Part shown: in pieces, positions 19,618 through 32,609 of the stretch
How positions within the stretch are numbered: position 1 is the first letter of the stretch
How the letters are laid out: each line of letters opens with the position of its first letter
IMG/VR virus record: IMGVR_UViG_3300012665_001829
Span: 1-44,356 of that record
Length of the DNA: 44,356 nt
Strand: one strand, 5' to 3'
Origin: a virus
Taxonomy: Duplodnaviria; Caudoviricetes
The notes under the pieces: generated by a model
What the model was told of the DNA's origin: nothing
Seen by the model: only the letters and a program-made list of their open reading frames with translations
The model's database searches: none
Program-made: the position numbers and the translations under genes

Positions 19618-21104
19618 TGGCAGAAATAGTAACCATATCATCTTTTACAGGAAACACACCAATAAGCATTTATTATTGTGATTCTTTTAGTGCTAATTGT
19701 AGTTATGTCGGAGCTACTTCAAATTTTCCGTATACATTTACAGTACCGTCCCCAATTGCTGACAGTAACTTTTTAGTTAAAATTGTTGACTATTATTCTT
19801 GTGAAATTGGAGAAATTGTTTATGTGATACCGACACCCACACCAACAAATACAAGTACACCAGGGTTAAGTCCATCAGTAACACCAACCAATACCCCAAC
19901 GGTAACTATTACTAAAACACCCACAATAACACCAACACCGACCATTACGTCAACTGCAACACCTATAGTAACACAAACTAGAACACCGGCACAAACCCCA
20001 TATCCTGCTTGCATAACACCAACTCCAACCACAACTACAGGTTTAACACCAACACCAACTCCAACAAATACTCCCACACAAACATTAACTTCAACACAAA
20101 CACCAACCAATACCGAAACACCTACAAATACTCCAACTGAAACACCAACACAAACACCAACCAATACCGAGACTCCTGCAAATACTCCTAGTGAAACACC
20201 TACAAATACTCCAACTGAAACACCAACCAATACACCTAGTGAAACTCCAACACAAACTCCTACTAATACTCAAACGCCAACCAATACTTCTAGTGAAACT
20301 CCAACACAAACTCCTACTAATACTCAAACGCCAACCGAATCACCAACAAATACGCCAACTAATACTCAAACGCCAACAGTAACACCTACAACACCTACTA
20401 CTATCCAACCTATAGACATCTTATTTGTGGAAGTAACAACTGCTAAAGTTTATTCATATAACCCTGTTTCAAGTGCGTTAACCTATTTGTTTAGTGCCAC
20501 AACAACAGGTTCTGTTACTGATATTGCCGCAACACAAAATAAAATATTTTTAAATGTTCAAAATGGTAGTAATTTGGATGTTCTTATTTATTCATACACG
20601 GGTTCACCATTTAATATTGTATATGAAACAACAAAAATATTCACAGGAATTAGTGGTTCAGTGGGAATGTGTGCAATAAATGATAATTTTTTAGTTGTAG
20701 GTTACAGTGATAATACGGCAATAGATAGATTAGACTTAAGTGCAACAACAAAAACTACATTATTTAATTTACCAACAGATAATTACGTTACGGGAGATAT
20801 TGTTTATAGTTCAGGATTAACTCAATATGCAATAACATATTATGATAACTTTACTTTTGATAGTTATGCGGGAATATTTAATTCTTCTGGTACATTACAA
20901 TCTAATATTTTATTATCAGTTGGGGATATGTACGGAATTTACGCTTACAATAATAAATTGTGGGGTGCTGTTCAAAATATGGGAATATATTATTTTAATT
21001 TTACAAATTCAACTTATACTGGACCAACACAACCAGTTAATTATTCCGGACAATCATTAGGTGGGTCAACAAATACTACGACACAAATTTCTTGGAGCTA
21101 TTAA
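19617..21104 (+). CDS. Thr/Pro-rich mucin-like protein with C-terminal propeller-like domain
   Basis: Start moved to the ATG at 19617 (TAATG overlap). ~190-aa T/P tract; C-terminal domain paralogous to that of 13908-15692. Confidence 0.8.
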   Translation: MAEIVTISSFTGNTPISIYYCDSFSANCSYVGATSNFPYTFTVPSPIADSNFLVKIVDYYSCEIGEIVYVIPTPTPTNTSTPGLSPSVTPTNTPTVTITKTPTITPTPTITSTATPIVTQTRTPAQTPYPACITPTPTTTTGLTPTPTPTNTPTQTLTSTQTPTNTETPTNTPTETPTQTPTNTETPANTPSETPTNTPTETPTNTPSETPTQTPTNTQTPTNTSSETPTQTPTNTQTPTESPTNTPTNTQTPTVTPTTPTTIQPIDILFVEVTTAKVYSYNPVSSALTYLFSATTTGSVTDIAATQNKIFLNVQNGSNLDVLIYSYTGSPFNIVYETTKIFTGISGSVGMCAINDNFLVVGYSDNTAIDRLDLSATTKTTLFNLPTDNYVTGDIVYSSGLTQYAITYYDNFTFDSYAGIFNSSGTLQSNILLSVGDMYGIYAYNNKLWGAVQNMGIYYFNFTNSTYTGPTQPVNYSGQSLGGSTNTTTQISWSY

Positions 21105-21147
21105 AAATTAGGTGACTTATTTGTATTTATGTTAAGAATATTAATTA

Positions 21148-24100
21148 ATGCAAACTTACATATTATCAAGGACAAATACAACGAGTAATATATCGCCTAC
21201 GTCGGATTCAGGTATTGTTGACCAATATCAGATTATTAGTCAAGTACCACAAGTAGGTTCAAATTTAAGCGTTAACCCAACAACAGGGTTACTTGTATTC
21301 ACAGGACAGTCAAACTCTCAAATATCTTCAGTTTTGATTGAAGGTTCTAATGACACTGGTTCATGGAGTGATTATGTGTATGTTATAACGCCTATAGAAA
21401 TACCATATGGGAATATAACCGCTAACACTCAATATGATGTTATAATTCCAGAATACCAAGACTCTCTAAAAATAACATTTACCAGTGGAGGGTCGGTTAG
21501 TGATTTAAGTGGAGGATATATTGCAGTAATACCAAACCAAGTTTCCGATTTTGTTTCAGGTACATCTATAAGTGGAAATATAATAACCACAAATTATTAT
21601 CTATCCAACTTAATTCAAATTTTCAATTTTGACTATTCTGCGGTAACACCGACATTTCCTATAGAAATCGCAATACCGGTTAGCGGAGTTACCGAAAATC
21701 AATTTAATAATATAAAGGCGTTTCAAAATAATGGAGGAACTGTCAGTGAATTACCAATAAGTTTTGGTACATATGATAACATTAACAATTCTGGATATAC
21801 ATTTACAACATTAAATGATTTATCAACAGTTATTGCATTAGGTCTATCGGCTTTAGCTGCACCATATACCCCATTTACTTTTTTCACAGGAACAACATTT
21901 TTACAATCAGGAACAAGATGGTATAACAATGACGTGGCTAATTCAATCACTCTTTACCTCTCAACACCAACAGTGTTAATAACTGATGATGAGAAACTAA
22001 CGTTTTTAACACAATCATTGTTAACACTATGTAACAAACCATTCTACACTGATGAGTTAGGTACTTTATTTATACCCCCAACAATAACACCAGCACCTGC
22101 GGGTTTTTATGGATTTTTTTATACGTTTATGGGGTGGTTTTTACAAATACAGTATGAAACTTCAAATTTACAAAGTCAATTAATTACGGCTTGTAATAAC
22201 TGTCAATACCCAAGACAGATGATTCCTGTTTCAACAGGTACTACTATAGACGAAGCTTGTAACGGTTCCGTAACGTTTGTTTGGAATGGGACAGGTACAT
22301 GTCCATATTCGGAAAATTACACCGAGTTGTCCCAAGGAGATAGGATATTTTATTCTTTAGAAAATCCTGTATCTTTACCTTTTAGTCCACTTAACGGAGG
22401 AGCAACTACAATAACAAGACCAGTTCCAAGTATATGGATGAAAATTCAAAATCCTGTGTATTATCCTTCTAATAGAACCCCTGGACCATATGTTGTTGGT
22501 AAAGTTTTTAATACGACTGGTACCGGTAATATAAATGCACCTCAAGACTGCCCTGCACCAACACCAACACCTACCCCAACACCTACAATTTCAGAAACTC
22601 CAACTAATACTCCTACGCAAACTAGTACACCTACAAATACACCAACTGAAACCCCAACTAATACTCCTACAAATACACCAACAAATACTCCTACCGAAAC
22701 TCCAACCAATACCGTAACAAATACACCAACTGAAACTCCAACTAATACTCCTACCGAAACTCCAACTAGTACTCCAACAGAAACACCAACCAACACTCCT
22801 ACTGAAACACCAACTAACACTCCAACTAATACCGTAACAAATACACCGACTAATACTGAAACACCAACTAACACTCCTACAGAAACACCAACTAACACTC
22901 CAACTAACACTCCAACTAACACTCCAACTAATACCGTAACAAATACACCGACTAATACCGAAACTCCAACTAATACTCCAACTAATACTGAAACGCCAAC
23001 ACAAACACCAACAACGACTCCAACACCAACACCATTGGTTCCTTTATTTTATAAGTTTAGTGCGTGTTGTTATAATGCGGTCTTTAACATAGACAATTTA
23101 TTTACACCTATGAATTTAGGTGATATTAATTATATAACGGTTCCTGGATTCTCAGGTTGTGCTGAAGTTGTTACATATTCTATAACTAATACGGTTTATA
23201 ATGGAATAAGCGCAACTTTAACACCGTATGGTAGTTGTGAAACTTGTATATCAACTAATATTTGCCCAACACCAACACCAACTCCAACTAATACTGAAAC
23301 ACCAACGCAAACTCCAACTAATACGCAAACCCCTACAAATACCGAAACTCCAACAAATACTCCTACAGGAACTCCCACAGGAACTCCTACACAAACACCT
23401 ACAAATACTGAAACTCCAACTAATACGCCAACCAATACTCCGACAAATACCGTAACTAATACTGAAACGCCAACTAATACTCCTACAGGAACTCCTACAC
23501 AAACACCTACAAATACCGAAACACCAACAAACACACCAACTAATACTCAAACGCCAACTAATACTGTAACGCCAGGTTTATCGCCTAGTGAAACACCAAC
23601 TAATACTCCTACTCCTTCAGAAACACCAACTAACACTCCTACAAATACCGAAACTCCAACAAATACTCCTACAAATACTGAAACGCCAACAAATACTCCT
23701 ACAGGAACTCCTACACAAACACCTACAAATACTGAAACTCCAACTAATACGCCAACCAATACTCCGACAAATACCGTAACTAATACTGAAACGCCAACTA
23801 ATACTCCTACAGGAACTCCTACACAAACACCTACAAATACCGAAACACCAACAAACACACCAACTAATACTCAAACGCCAACTAATACTGTAACGCCAGG
23901 TTTATCGCCTAGTGAAACACCAACTAATACTCCTACTCCTTCAGAAACACCAACTAACACTCCTACAAATACCGAAACTCCAACAAATACTCCTACAAAT
24001 ACTGAAACGCCAACAAATACTCCTACAGGAACTCCTACACAAACACCTACAAATACTGAAACTCCAACTAATACGCCAACCAATACTCCAACAAATACCG

Positions 24101-25254
24101 TAACTAATACTGAAACGCCAACAAATACTCCTACAGGAACTCCAACTAATACGCCAACCAATACTCCAACAAATACCGTAACTAATACTGAAACGCCAAC
24201 AAATACTCCTACAGGAACTCCAACTCAAACACCTACAAACACTCAAACCCCAACAAATACACCAACACCTTCATCAACATCATTAGATTGTAATGGATGT
24301 AATTACTATACTGTTGTTATAACACAATTAGACATAGATAATAGTCCTGATAATAAAGTTTATATAAATTATACAAATTGCGATGGTATTGTTACCCAAG
24401 AATCATTTAGTTATGCAGGAACTTACAACAGTGTAATTTGTGTTAAAAATTGTCAACCAGTAACTCTTTGTTGGTATAATTATGATGGAAACCCATTATG
24501 TACAACACCATCTAATGGTTCGCAAGTTATAAATACATATACATCTTGTAAAACAATAGAATATTCTTGTCCGGCAACTTTCAGTTATACTGTAACACAA
24601 CCAGGATTAGTTACAATCAGTAGTCCTTCTGTTAATTTAGGTTTGAATTATGGAAATGTGGACGTGTCAATAACTGGTACAGGAATAAATAATAATGTAC
24701 AAGTATTTGTCGGAACTTACGATACACTATATGGTGAAGTATTCCAATTCACAACAAATGGAACACAAACAAAAACTGTAGGAATATATAGGCAAACTAA
24801 TTACACAACATTAGACATTGTGGTTAATACTGATTCAGTAAGTGTTGAGGACTTTACACCATATACTTTAACTTTCAATGTAACTTGTCCTACACAAATT
24901 GTTTGTTCTAATCCAACAGTTTATATAAACGCGTGTGGAAGTGACCCGGCAGATGGTTTAGGCACCGCAAGTGTTACAGTTAGAGCGATGGATGTAAACA
25001 CGTTTATCGGAACTCCAATAGACGTTGATACAACGTTAACGGTTTATGTTGTGGGAATAGGTTCTGTTAGTGGAAATCATGGTGGAAATATAACAATAAA
25101 CAACGGAAGTAGTTGTGGAACTGGTACAATTAGTGGATTTAATAATAACGAAGTTATTGATGGATACACTGTGGTAAGTATTTCTCCAACATCTTCTTTA
25201 ACCCAAAACTACTCAACAGGAATAGGATTTAGGAATGATTGCTGGACTTGTTAA
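21148..25254 (+). CDS. Large Thr/Pro-rich mucin-like Cys-rich protein (putative virion fibre)
   Basis: 1368 aa; two long T/P tracts (~22555-23030 and ~23270-24270). Confidence 0.8.
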   Translation: MQTYILSRTNTTSNISPTSDSGIVDQYQIISQVPQVGSNLSVNPTTGLLVFTGQSNSQISSVLIEGSNDTGSWSDYVYVITPIEIPYGNITANTQYDVIIPEYQDSLKITFTSGGSVSDLSGGYIAVIPNQVSDFVSGTSISGNIITTNYYLSNLIQIFNFDYSAVTPTFPIEIAIPVSGVTENQFNNIKAFQNNGGTVSELPISFGTYDNINNSGYTFTTLNDLSTVIALGLSALAAPYTPFTFFTGTTFLQSGTRWYNNDVANSITLYLSTPTVLITDDEKLTFLTQSLLTLCNKPFYTDELGTLFIPPTITPAPAGFYGFFYTFMGWFLQIQYETSNLQSQLITACNNCQYPRQMIPVSTGTTIDEACNGSVTFVWNGTGTCPYSENYTELSQGDRIFYSLENPVSLPFSPLNGGATTITRPVPSIWMKIQNPVYYPSNRTPGPYVVGKVFNTTGTGNINAPQDCPAPTPTPTPTPTISETPTNTPTQTSTPTNTPTETPTNTPTNTPTNTPTETPTNTVTNTPTETPTNTPTETPTSTPTETPTNTPTETPTNTPTNTVTNTPTNTETPTNTPTETPTNTPTNTPTNTPTNTVTNTPTNTETPTNTPTNTETPTQTPTTTPTPTPLVPLFYKFSACCYNAVFNIDNLFTPMNLGDINYITVPGFSGCAEVVTYSITNTVYNGISATLTPYGSCETCISTNICPTPTPTPTNTETPTQTPTNTQTPTNTETPTNTPTGTPTGTPTQTPTNTETPTNTPTNTPTNTVTNTETPTNTPTGTPTQTPTNTETPTNTPTNTQTPTNTVTPGLSPSETPTNTPTPSETPTNTPTNTETPTNTPTNTETPTNTPTGTPTQTPTNTETPTNTPTNTPTNTVTNTETPTNTPTGTPTQTPTNTETPTNTPTNTQTPTNTVTPGLSPSETPTNTPTPSETPTNTPTNTETPTNTPTNTETPTNTPTGTPTQTPTNTETPTNTPTNTPTNTVTNTETPTNTPTGTPTNTPTNTPTNTVTNTETPTNTPTGTPTQTPTNTQTPTNTPTPSSTSLDCNGCNYYTVVITQLDIDNSPDNKVYINYTNCDGIVTQESFSYAGTYNSVICVKNCQPVTLCWYNYDGNPLCTTPSNGSQVINTYTSCKTIEYSCPATFSYTVTQPGLVTISSPSVNLGLNYGNVDVSITGTGINNNVQVFVGTYDTLYGEVFQFTTNGTQTKTVGIYRQTNYTTLDIVVNTDSVSVEDFTPYTLTFNVTCPTQIVCSNPTVYINACGSDPADGLGTASVTVRAMDVNTFIGTPIDVDTTLTVYVVGIGSVSGNHGGNITINNGSSCGTGTISGFNNNEVIDGYTVVSISPTSSLTQNYSTGIGFRNDCWTC
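23377..24122 (+). repeat. Near-perfect 324-bp tandem duplication (~2.3 copies)
   Basis: GCCAGGTTTATCGCCTAGTG occurs at 23571 and 23895; off-frame ORFs at 23588 and 23912 are almost identical. Confidence 0.9.
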
Positions 25255-25279
25255 AATAAATTGATAATTATAATTAAAA

Positions 25280-25576
25280 ATGGGAGTGATTAATATACCT
25301 GAAGTTTCTTATGGTACTGCCTTTGGAAATGTAAATAAGGCGGTTTGGTTTAAACCAGAATCCAATACTGCTGGTTATTTTGATGTTAATATTACGGTAG
25401 TACCAAATACAACAATATCAACACAAATCAATATTTACAATTATTCTAAAAATAGGTCTATGTATGGAAGAACTTATTTACCTAACCCATCACAAACACC
25501 AATAAACGATAAATTGACAATAACACACAATCCAACACTATTGTCACAATATTATGTTTTAACTAATAAATCATGA
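25280..25576 (+). CDS. Hypothetical beta-rich protein
   Basis: 98-aa ORF, ATGA-coupled to the 1670-aa gene. Confidence 0.7.
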   Translation: MGVINIPEVSYGTAFGNVNKAVWFKPESNTAGYFDVNITVVPNTTISTQINIYNYSKNRSMYGRTYLPNPSQTPINDKLTITHNPTLLSQYYVLTNKS

Positions 25577-28500
25577 GTACTTTTGAAGTATTATGTCCGT
25601 CACCTTTATATGATATACCTGACGTAACAGAATGTCTAACAGAAAAAACAGTTACCTGGTCAAACCCTGGTGTACAGTCAAAACAATTCTATGTTCTTGG
25701 TTTTACTTATAGAACTTTGGGAATTAGGTTTACTCCCATCACAAATAATGGTTCAACCATATCCGTTGCTTTGAAGTATAGTAAAGACGGAATAGTTACT
25801 ACCCAACAAACTTTTTCATTATCAACATTACCAAGTACTGTTACAAAATACCATGATTTACTATTTTCAAGTGATTATTCGGTGGATTCTGGATTTTTAT
25901 TTTTTGAAGTAACAATAACAGGTGGTTCATCAGGTTCATTTAAAATATTTTTAGATTGTGATGTTACTGTTTGCCAAGATTGTTTTTGTTATGTTCCTTT
26001 AACAACAAAGTATACTGATTTGTGTAATAATTGTGATGTTGAAAGCTCTGTAACACTATATTGGGAATGTAGTCAGAGTGGTGATAAAAGTTTTATAAGT
26101 TATGGTCCTTGGTATACTGACCCAGAGCTTCAGACACCTGCACCCGCTGGATATTATACACAATGTGCAAATAGATACTATGGTGACGCCAAATTAGCAT
26201 ATACTGGGGGTGTATATAAAGGATTGAATAATCCGACAATTTTTAAATATCCTGGAGGTACAGGAACCGCAACTGTTCAAGCCGTTTGTGGGGCGGATGA
26301 TTTAATTTATTGTACCACAGGTGTTGATAGTAAAACCTTGACACACACAAAAACAGGATATACTGCAAATAACCCTTATATAGTTTATAATACAAATCAA
26401 CCTAAGTCTACATTGAAATGGTCAGTTAAATCAGTTGTAATACAACTTGACAGTTTTGACCATCAAGTTGTTCCAATAAAAGTATGTTTTACTGGTAGGG
26501 CTGAATCAATTGTATTCACAGTTTCAGACCCAACAGTACCGGAAGGTGTTGGGGAGTTGTCTTTTTCAGGTACTAATTTGACTGGAGATAATTTTCGTTT
26601 CATTGATTTAAATACTCTTTTTACGGTGAATCCATTAACTAAAAAAGGTATTGCGGGATGTCTAACAATAAATGTTAATGTAAACGGTTCGGATGTTATG
26701 AAAACAGGGAGATTACTTGTTAGAGTTGCTGTCGGACAAAATAGAAAATACAACTCAAATTTACCTGTTTATACCTCTGTTTCTGCAATGTGTCCTTCGT
26801 TTCCTGTTTATGGCTATAACATGGGACTACATACGTATTCTGCGTACGATAGTGCATACAGTTCAAAATTGAGCACCAAATTATATTCATTGACTTCGGT
26901 GGGTAGTTGGATAACAAATACCAAAGTATTTAATGACCCATTTTTAGGTCACCCTGCATTACCATGGTATTATTCTTATGGTGATTATGTTTATAAAGTT
27001 GGTATACCATTCAAAAGAGAATATGCAACAAAAATATCTTTTAAACAATATTCAAGCCAAATTAGGGCTATAGGTGCTTTATTGGGAATAACAAAGAAAC
27101 CTTATATAATTAAAGAGGTGACTTTGGGACCTAAAGATTGGTTTGATTCAATCGGAGGACAGCAGAAAGTGCCAAATTGCATTAATCCTTTAATGGACCC
27201 AGGTGAAATATGGAAAGTTTATGCTAAAAGTTCCGTACCACAACCATCCAAGTATTGGTATTTAGTCGGATTCAACGCAAATAAAGAACTATCCAATGAC
27301 AATTATTTTAATTACTGGAATTTTCAAAGTAAAACTTTAATACCAATAACAGGGTATGAACACGCGACAACAAGATTACCTCAAGGGTATGTGGACGGAG
27401 TAACAAAGTTCAATGACCCTGCGGTTAGAGGTCTTAATGGTAGTGGGTGGAAACAGATGGCAATAGCGGGACTTATAAATATAGTCGGTATTGTGGCTAG
27501 TACTGTTTTAATAGTTAATACTGGAAGTGTTTCAGATTTGACTAAAAGATGGTTTAGGAAGTGTCCTAGCTGGTTGAATAAATTACTTTCAGCATTAGTA
27601 CCAAAAGCGCAAAAATTCTTACCATGGCTTGCTCTTGCTAATTCACTATTCCAATTATTTAGAAGAAGAACTACTAATTTTGATGAGGTTTGTGGTAACT
27701 TTGAAAATGCGTATACAACAACACCATATATAGAACTAAATACGAGGATTTGGAATCAACCAGAATTTACAACATCTAACTCAGGTTATTATTGTGATGG
27801 CGCATACTTTTATACTCAAAATTCAAATCAAGTACAGACTAAAGAAATTTCTTACACCGATGATGGTGGTGTTAAGGACTTTTCTTTAGCACCTGATGAC
27901 CCAGTATTTGTTGACGATATACCATCTCTTTTCTTTTTACCTTATGTGTCAGGAAGACCAATACAATATTCTACCGGTACAATATATTATAATGCATCGC
28001 AAGTGAGTATTCAAACGCCTACAGAGGTAGGTGAATTAAATAATCCTTTACCCGTAACTTACGAAGTTCCGGCAGGAACAATACAATCTTTTGTATCTCA
28101 AATAGAAGCTGACAATGATGCGGTTGTTTATTTAGAACAATTGACCGCTAACACAATTTCAATAGTTGCTTCATCTGAACCTAAACCAAGTATTAGTGGA
28201 GAAACTATTACGTTCACACATGTAATTGCAAATGAGAACACACCATCTAATTTTGGAGTTTTTTATGATAACTCCGACTCAAATGGAATTACCATAGGTA
28301 AAAAGTTGTATTATGATTGCAATGGGTATTTTACCACTCTTAACGGATATTATTCAATTCCCGTGTATAATGGTGATTATAAGTATTTTTATAAACTAAG
28401 TGCCGGAACAGTTGTTGATGTATTAACAATGTCATCATCTACTGCACAAGATGTAACTTCACAAGTAAATAGTCAAAAATATCCAATAGAAACAACATAT

Positions 28501-30585
28501 AATGAGTATACAAGCACATGGTATTTTTCATCACCTGTGTATAATAATATTCAGTTTAATCAAATGAATAATTTATACAATTTCAATAACATTTGGAATA
28601 CTGAAGATTTTTATTCAAATGATGTTGTATACAAAGGACTAAGTTTGAATCCTAATAACAATGAATCTATTTTATTGTATGACGATAATTTAACAGGTAC
28701 TACAGTTTATTCCGCAAATACTTCTTGGTATTTTGAAATACCGCAAGTTTACAATTCAGAACCTTTCGTTTATTCAACAGGATTTACAATTACAATAAAT
28801 TCTGTTCAACAATGTTCTAGTGATAGTTTTAATGGAGTTTTATTCCAATGTGTTGATAGTGATGGAGAATTTATACCTTCTTCTTATGGAGTTTCTTTTG
28901 ATGTTTCAATATATACAGGATATACCTATGATTCTACACATACAGTTGCAATTCAAGGAAATGAGTATGAAAAATTACTACCTTTAAATGTTAACTACAT
29001 AGGACAAATCACAAGTATCAATATTACAGGATATAACTCACCAAACCCTATTGACGGAATAACTTTTGTTGAAGGTACTTTTACTCCATGTAATGTTCCT
29101 ACACCAACTTCTACACCCATGGAAACTTCAACACCTACACCTACACCAACAACACCTGAATTTACTTACACACCAACACAAACTCCAACACAAACTCCAA
29201 CCCCAACCAACACTCAAACACCTACAAATACCCAAACACCTACAAATACTCAAACTCCAACCAATACTCAAACCCCTACAAATACAGAAACACCAACTCA
29301 AACCTCAACCAATACCCAAACACCTACAAATACTCAAACTCCAACCAATACCCAAACCCCAACCAATACCCAAACACCTACAAATACTCAAACTCCAACC
29401 AATACCCAAACACCTACAAATACAGAAACACCAACTCAAACACCTACAAATACTCAAACACCTACAAATACTCAAACTCCAACCAATACTCAAACTCCAA
29501 CCAATACTCAAACACCTACAAATACAGAAACACCAACTCAAACACCTACATCAACTCCTATATCTGCTTTTTATCTGAGAGTTAATGACGCGACAGATTG
29601 TGTCGGTGTCTGTGGTGGAAGCGGTGCTCAAAATTTCGTATATTCACCGTGTAGTACTTTAAATGTAGGATGTTATTTATATGCAAATTTCGGATTGACA
29701 GTTCCTTACTCAAATTATTTTTTAACTGATGGAACAAATTGTTACGAGACTGATGCCTCAGGTCAAATTGTAAATGAATCAATTTGTCCATCTCCAACAC
29801 CAACACCAACTGAAACTCCAACCAATACACCTACAAACACACAAACACCTACAAACACACAAACACCTGAAAGTACACCAACACCAACTCCAGTATATTT
29901 CTCAGATATAACTTCTGACCCTGAAACAACTGAAACTGAGGCTTGCGGTTCAATATTCTTTAATCCAGACCAAACTGTTGGTAATCAAACAACTTTCTGT
30001 AGTAGTACTACTTTGACAAATCCGTCTTATGGTTCACTCTCCACTGGAACATACTACATTTCGTATGGAGGACAGGTCGTTACTGTTGCAATAACTAATG
30101 GTGATAATACTGCAGATGTCATGAGTTCTTGTAGTACTTGTCCAAGTCAAACACCTACACCAACTCAAACTGAAACGCCAACACCTACACCAACTCAAAC
30201 TGAAACGCCAACACCTACACCAACAACGGCAGGAATTAGTGATGTTTATATTAGTGCAGGAGGAGACCAAACGTTTGACTCTTCTGGTGACTATACTTAT
30301 GTTTTATACGCGGATACGACATCAAATAGTTATGGTGTAAACCCTATAAATGTAGAGGCATCTCCATTAATTGCTTATGTTGATATAATTGCCGAATACG
30401 GTACTTACTCTGGTAGTGGAATTATTGGAAATGGATTCTCATGTTCCTATAATTATTATACGGACGGGGTTCATCCATTACAGTTTGTTTCAAGTATAAC
30501 CATTACAGGAGTATCTCCTTCATCATCAGGAAACCAAAATTATACGGCTAGTGGTGGCGATGTAGGCACACATACTTGTCCATAA
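25573..30585 (+). CDS. Large modular putative virion protein with hydrophobic segment, DUF5977-like motif and TPTNTQ tract
   Basis: 1670 aa; [20 protein letters not shown] hydrophobic stretch; [23 protein letters not shown]; T/P tracts near the C-terminus. Confidence 0.78.
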   Translation: MSTFEVLCPSPLYDIPDVTECLTEKTVTWSNPGVQSKQFYVLGFTYRTLGIRFTPITNNGSTISVALKYSKDGIVTTQQTFSLSTLPSTVTKYHDLLFSSDYSVDSGFLFFEVTITGGSSGSFKIFLDCDVTVCQDCFCYVPLTTKYTDLCNNCDVESSVTLYWECSQSGDKSFISYGPWYTDPELQTPAPAGYYTQCANRYYGDAKLAYTGGVYKGLNNPTIFKYPGGTGTATVQAVCGADDLIYCTTGVDSKTLTHTKTGYTANNPYIVYNTNQPKSTLKWSVKSVVIQLDSFDHQVVPIKVCFTGRAESIVFTVSDPTVPEGVGELSFSGTNLTGDNFRFIDLNTLFTVNPLTKKGIAGCLTINVNVNGSDVMKTGRLLVRVAVGQNRKYNSNLPVYTSVSAMCPSFPVYGYNMGLHTYSAYDSAYSSKLSTKLYSLTSVGSWITNTKVFNDPFLGHPALPWYYSYGDYVYKVGIPFKREYATKISFKQYSSQIRAIGALLGITKKPYIIKEVTLGPKDWFDSIGGQQKVPNCINPLMDPGEIWKVYAKSSVPQPSKYWYLVGFNANKELSNDNYFNYWNFQSKTLIPITGYEHATTRLPQGYVDGVTKFNDPAVRGLNGSGWKQMAIAGLINIVGIVASTVLIVNTGSVSDLTKRWFRKCPSWLNKLLSALVPKAQKFLPWLALANSLFQLFRRRTTNFDEVCGNFENAYTTTPYIELNTRIWNQPEFTTSNSGYYCDGAYFYTQNSNQVQTKEISYTDDGGVKDFSLAPDDPVFVDDIPSLFFLPYVSGRPIQYSTGTIYYNASQVSIQTPTEVGELNNPLPVTYEVPAGTIQSFVSQIEADNDAVVYLEQLTANTISIVASSEPKPSISGETITFTHVIANENTPSNFGVFYDNSDSNGITIGKKLYYDCNGYFTTLNGYYSIPVYNGDYKYFYKLSAGTVVDVLTMSSSTAQDVTSQVNSQKYPIETTYNEYTSTWYFSSPVYNNIQFNQMNNLYNFNNIWNTEDFYSNDVVYKGLSLNPNNNESILLYDDNLTGTTVYSANTSWYFEIPQVYNSEPFVYSTGFTITINSVQQCSSDSFNGVLFQCVDSDGEFIPSSYGVSFDVSIYTGYTYDSTHTVAIQGNEYEKLLPLNVNYIGQITSINITGYNSPNPIDGITFVEGTFTPCNVPTPTSTPMETSTPTPTPTTPEFTYTPTQTPTQTPTPTNTQTPTNTQTPTNTQTPTNTQTPTNTETPTQTSTNTQTPTNTQTPTNTQTPTNTQTPTNTQTPTNTQTPTNTETPTQTPTNTQTPTNTQTPTNTQTPTNTQTPTNTETPTQTPTSTPISAFYLRVNDATDCVGVCGGSGAQNFVYSPCSTLNVGCYLYANFGLTVPYSNYFLTDGTNCYETDASGQIVNESICPSPTPTPTETPTNTPTNTQTPTNTQTPESTPTPTPVYFSDITSDPETTETEACGSIFFNPDQTVGNQTTFCSSTTLTNPSYGSLSTGTYYISYGGQVVTVAITNGDNTADVMSSCSTCPSQTPTPTQTETPTPTPTQTETPTPTPTTAGISDVYISAGGDQTFDSSGDYTYVLYADTTSNSYGVNPINVEASPLIAYVDIIAEYGTYSGSGIIGNGFSCSYNYYTDGVHPLQFVSSITITGVSPSSSGNQNYTASGGDVGTHTCP
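29200..29550 (+). repeat. Degenerate 18-bp tandem repeat encoding TPTNTQ
   Basis: Repeated ACWCCWACMAATACYCAA-like units. Confidence 0.85.
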
Positions 30586-30607
30586 AAAAAATAAAAAAAA
30601 ATAAAAT

Positions 30608-30835
30608 ATGACAAATTATTACAAACTAACACAAGCTGATTTATATTGGAAGATAGTCGATGAAACAACAACAGTTTTACAAATTAAAAATTCTACGGAC
30701 GCTATGGGTATAACCAAAACAACAGGTGTTGCAAGATATGAGGTACTAATACCTAATATTCCAAAATGGGATGTTAGCGATGAAACAGAGTTTAATTCTG
30801 TAATGGCTGAAGTTCTTAGTGCAATAAATAATTAA
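30608..30835 (+). CDS. Small hypothetical protein
   Basis: 75-aa ORF with an A-rich leader. Confidence 0.7.
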   Translation: MTNYYKLTQADLYWKIVDETTTVLQIKNSTDAMGITKTTGVARYEVLIPNIPKWDVSDETEFNSVMAEVLSAINN

Positions 30836-30947
30836 TAACTGGTTTATTTGTTGTAAAACATAAGTTACCATTATTTATTAATAAACGTATATTAGTCGGA
30901 TAGTTTTAACTATAACGTATTTATTGATACAAAATACTCCTGAACCA

Positions 30948-32609
30948 ATGCAAATTTATAAATTAACAAATGATTGTGATGTATTCACATTATTTCCGTT
31001 AGGTGTCGAATGTGTCACATTATCCAATGTGAGTTCAGCGAATAGTCTTAATGGTTCTTTATCTTTGAAAATTACAGGAGGAACAAGTCCTTATACCATA
31101 TCTTGGAGTAATGGACAAAAAACAAAAACTATTTCAGGTTTGGGTCCTGGTAGTTACGAGGCTCAAGTGATTGATTATTATGGTGATTATACGGCAACAA
31201 CAATTTGTTCTTTATTGGAACCAACACCATCACCTACACCGACATTAACACCTACGCCAACACCAACACCTACAGGTATATATCCAAATTTGTGTTTATC
31301 AATAGTAACATGTCCTGCAATTGTACCAATACAATTCACTTCAAGTTCAATACAAAACGGAAAACCAAGTTGGTCTTCATCTGCGGGGTATCTTATTGTT
31401 TGGAATGTAACACTACAGCAATGGGAGATACAAAACTATACGGTCTCAGGAGGTATACTTGTTAGTAAGACAGCTTCAATACCACCTTTATCTGGATGGT
31501 TTGTATTAGGAGGAACATCAAGTCCGACTGTTGCAATGACATCAGGAACTTGTCCATCATATGCACCACTTAATACAACAATCCAAAAAACAGATTCTGA
31601 TTGTAGTAATAATGGTAGTATAGTAATTGCAACATGTGGAGGACAATCACCATATCAGTATTCTATAGACGGAGGTAGTACATTTACAACATCTAACATA
31701 TTCAATAATTTATCACCGCAAACTTATAACATAATAGTGAAAGACTCATTAGGTAATACGTCAACCGCCACATCAACTATTTCAAGTAATTCTACAGGAG
31801 TTACGAGTTATGGTTTATTAATATCAAACTATAATACAACAACCATAAATGATGGGTATATTAGAAGTTCATGGTCAGTAAATGTTGTACCGCCAATACC
31901 ACAAGGAACACAAATATCATTTAAAATAATTGTTAACTCAACACAAATAGTTAACGGACCTGGTTCGGGTACAACATCTAGTTTGACAAACATATATAGC
32001 GGAGGTACTTTAATAAGTGCGTCGAGCAGCGACAGTAATACTAATATAAATACAAGACCAAATTGTTCACCTGAAACTACGACGATAACAGACATTAACG
32101 ATGTATATGATGTAACTCTTGGTTATGGATATGGTATCAGTGGTGTTACATTCTCCAACCTTAATATTACATCAGGAGTAACTTCTCTTAATGGATGTGT
32201 AACTAACTTAACACAAAACATTTCTGTTTTTGCCTCATCAGGTTTGATATCTGGTTGTAACTGTTGTACAATAAACACAGATAGTTTTAGTTATGGTGGT
32301 GTTGAAAACCATTCATTGAGTGTCGGTCAAGGACAAACAAGTCAAACTTATTATAGTTTTATTGTGGGTGTTGGAACAACTGAAAATGGTGCATGTTTTA
32401 ACTATCAAGCGGAACAACCTACAAGATTAGTAAATCAATCTACTTTTGGAGTTGGAGCTACAATATACACAGGAAGCCCATCAAACCCTAAACCATTATT
32501 AGGTTTTAATAACTGTGTTTATAATGGTTATTTATATTATATGAAATCAGACACTGGACAAGTGATTGGACCTGTTTTAGGGTCGGGAAATTTACAAATT
32601 GGTTGCTAA
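30948..32609 (+). CDS. SprB-repeat-like Ig-fold putative virion protein
   Basis: GSLSLKITGGTSPYTISWSNGQ...GLGPGSY..QVID and GSIVI...GGQSPYQYSIDGG...FNNLSP.TY.IIVKD. ATG at 30948 preferred over TTG at 30924. Confidence 0.72.
   Translation: MQIYKLTNDCDVFTLFPLGVECVTLSNVSSANSLNGSLSLKITGGTSPYTISWSNGQKTKTISGLGPGSYEAQVIDYYGDYTATTICSLLEPTPSPTPTLTPTPTPTPTGIYPNLCLSIVTCPAIVPIQFTSSSIQNGKPSWSSSAGYLIVWNVTLQQWEIQNYTVSGGILVSKTASIPPLSGWFVLGGTSSPTVAMTSGTCPSYAPLNTTIQKTDSDCSNNGSIVIATCGGQSPYQYSIDGGSTFTTSNIFNNLSPQTYNIIVKDSLGNTSTATSTISSNSTGVTSYGLLISNYNTTTINDGYIRSSWSVNVVPPIPQGTQISFKIIVNSTQIVNGPGSGTTSSLTNIYSGGTLISASSSDSNTNINTRPNCSPETTTITDINDVYDVTLGYGYGISGVTFSNLNITSGVTSLNGCVTNLTQNISVFASSGLISGCNCCTINTDSFSYGGVENHSLSVGQGQTSQTYYSFIVGVGTTENGACFNYQAEQPTRLVNQSTFGVGATIYTGSPSNPKPLLGFNNCVYNGYLYYMKSDTGQVIGPVLGSGNLQIGC

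Noticed and set aside
16199-30270. Many VGV-rich or CW-rich antisense and off-frame ORFs
   Set aside because: Reverse-complement or frame shadows of Thr/Pro codon repeats.
13908-30585. Diversity-generating retroelement acting on paralogous C-termini
   Set aside because: No reverse transcriptase, and no near-identical TR/VR pair differing at adenines was seen.
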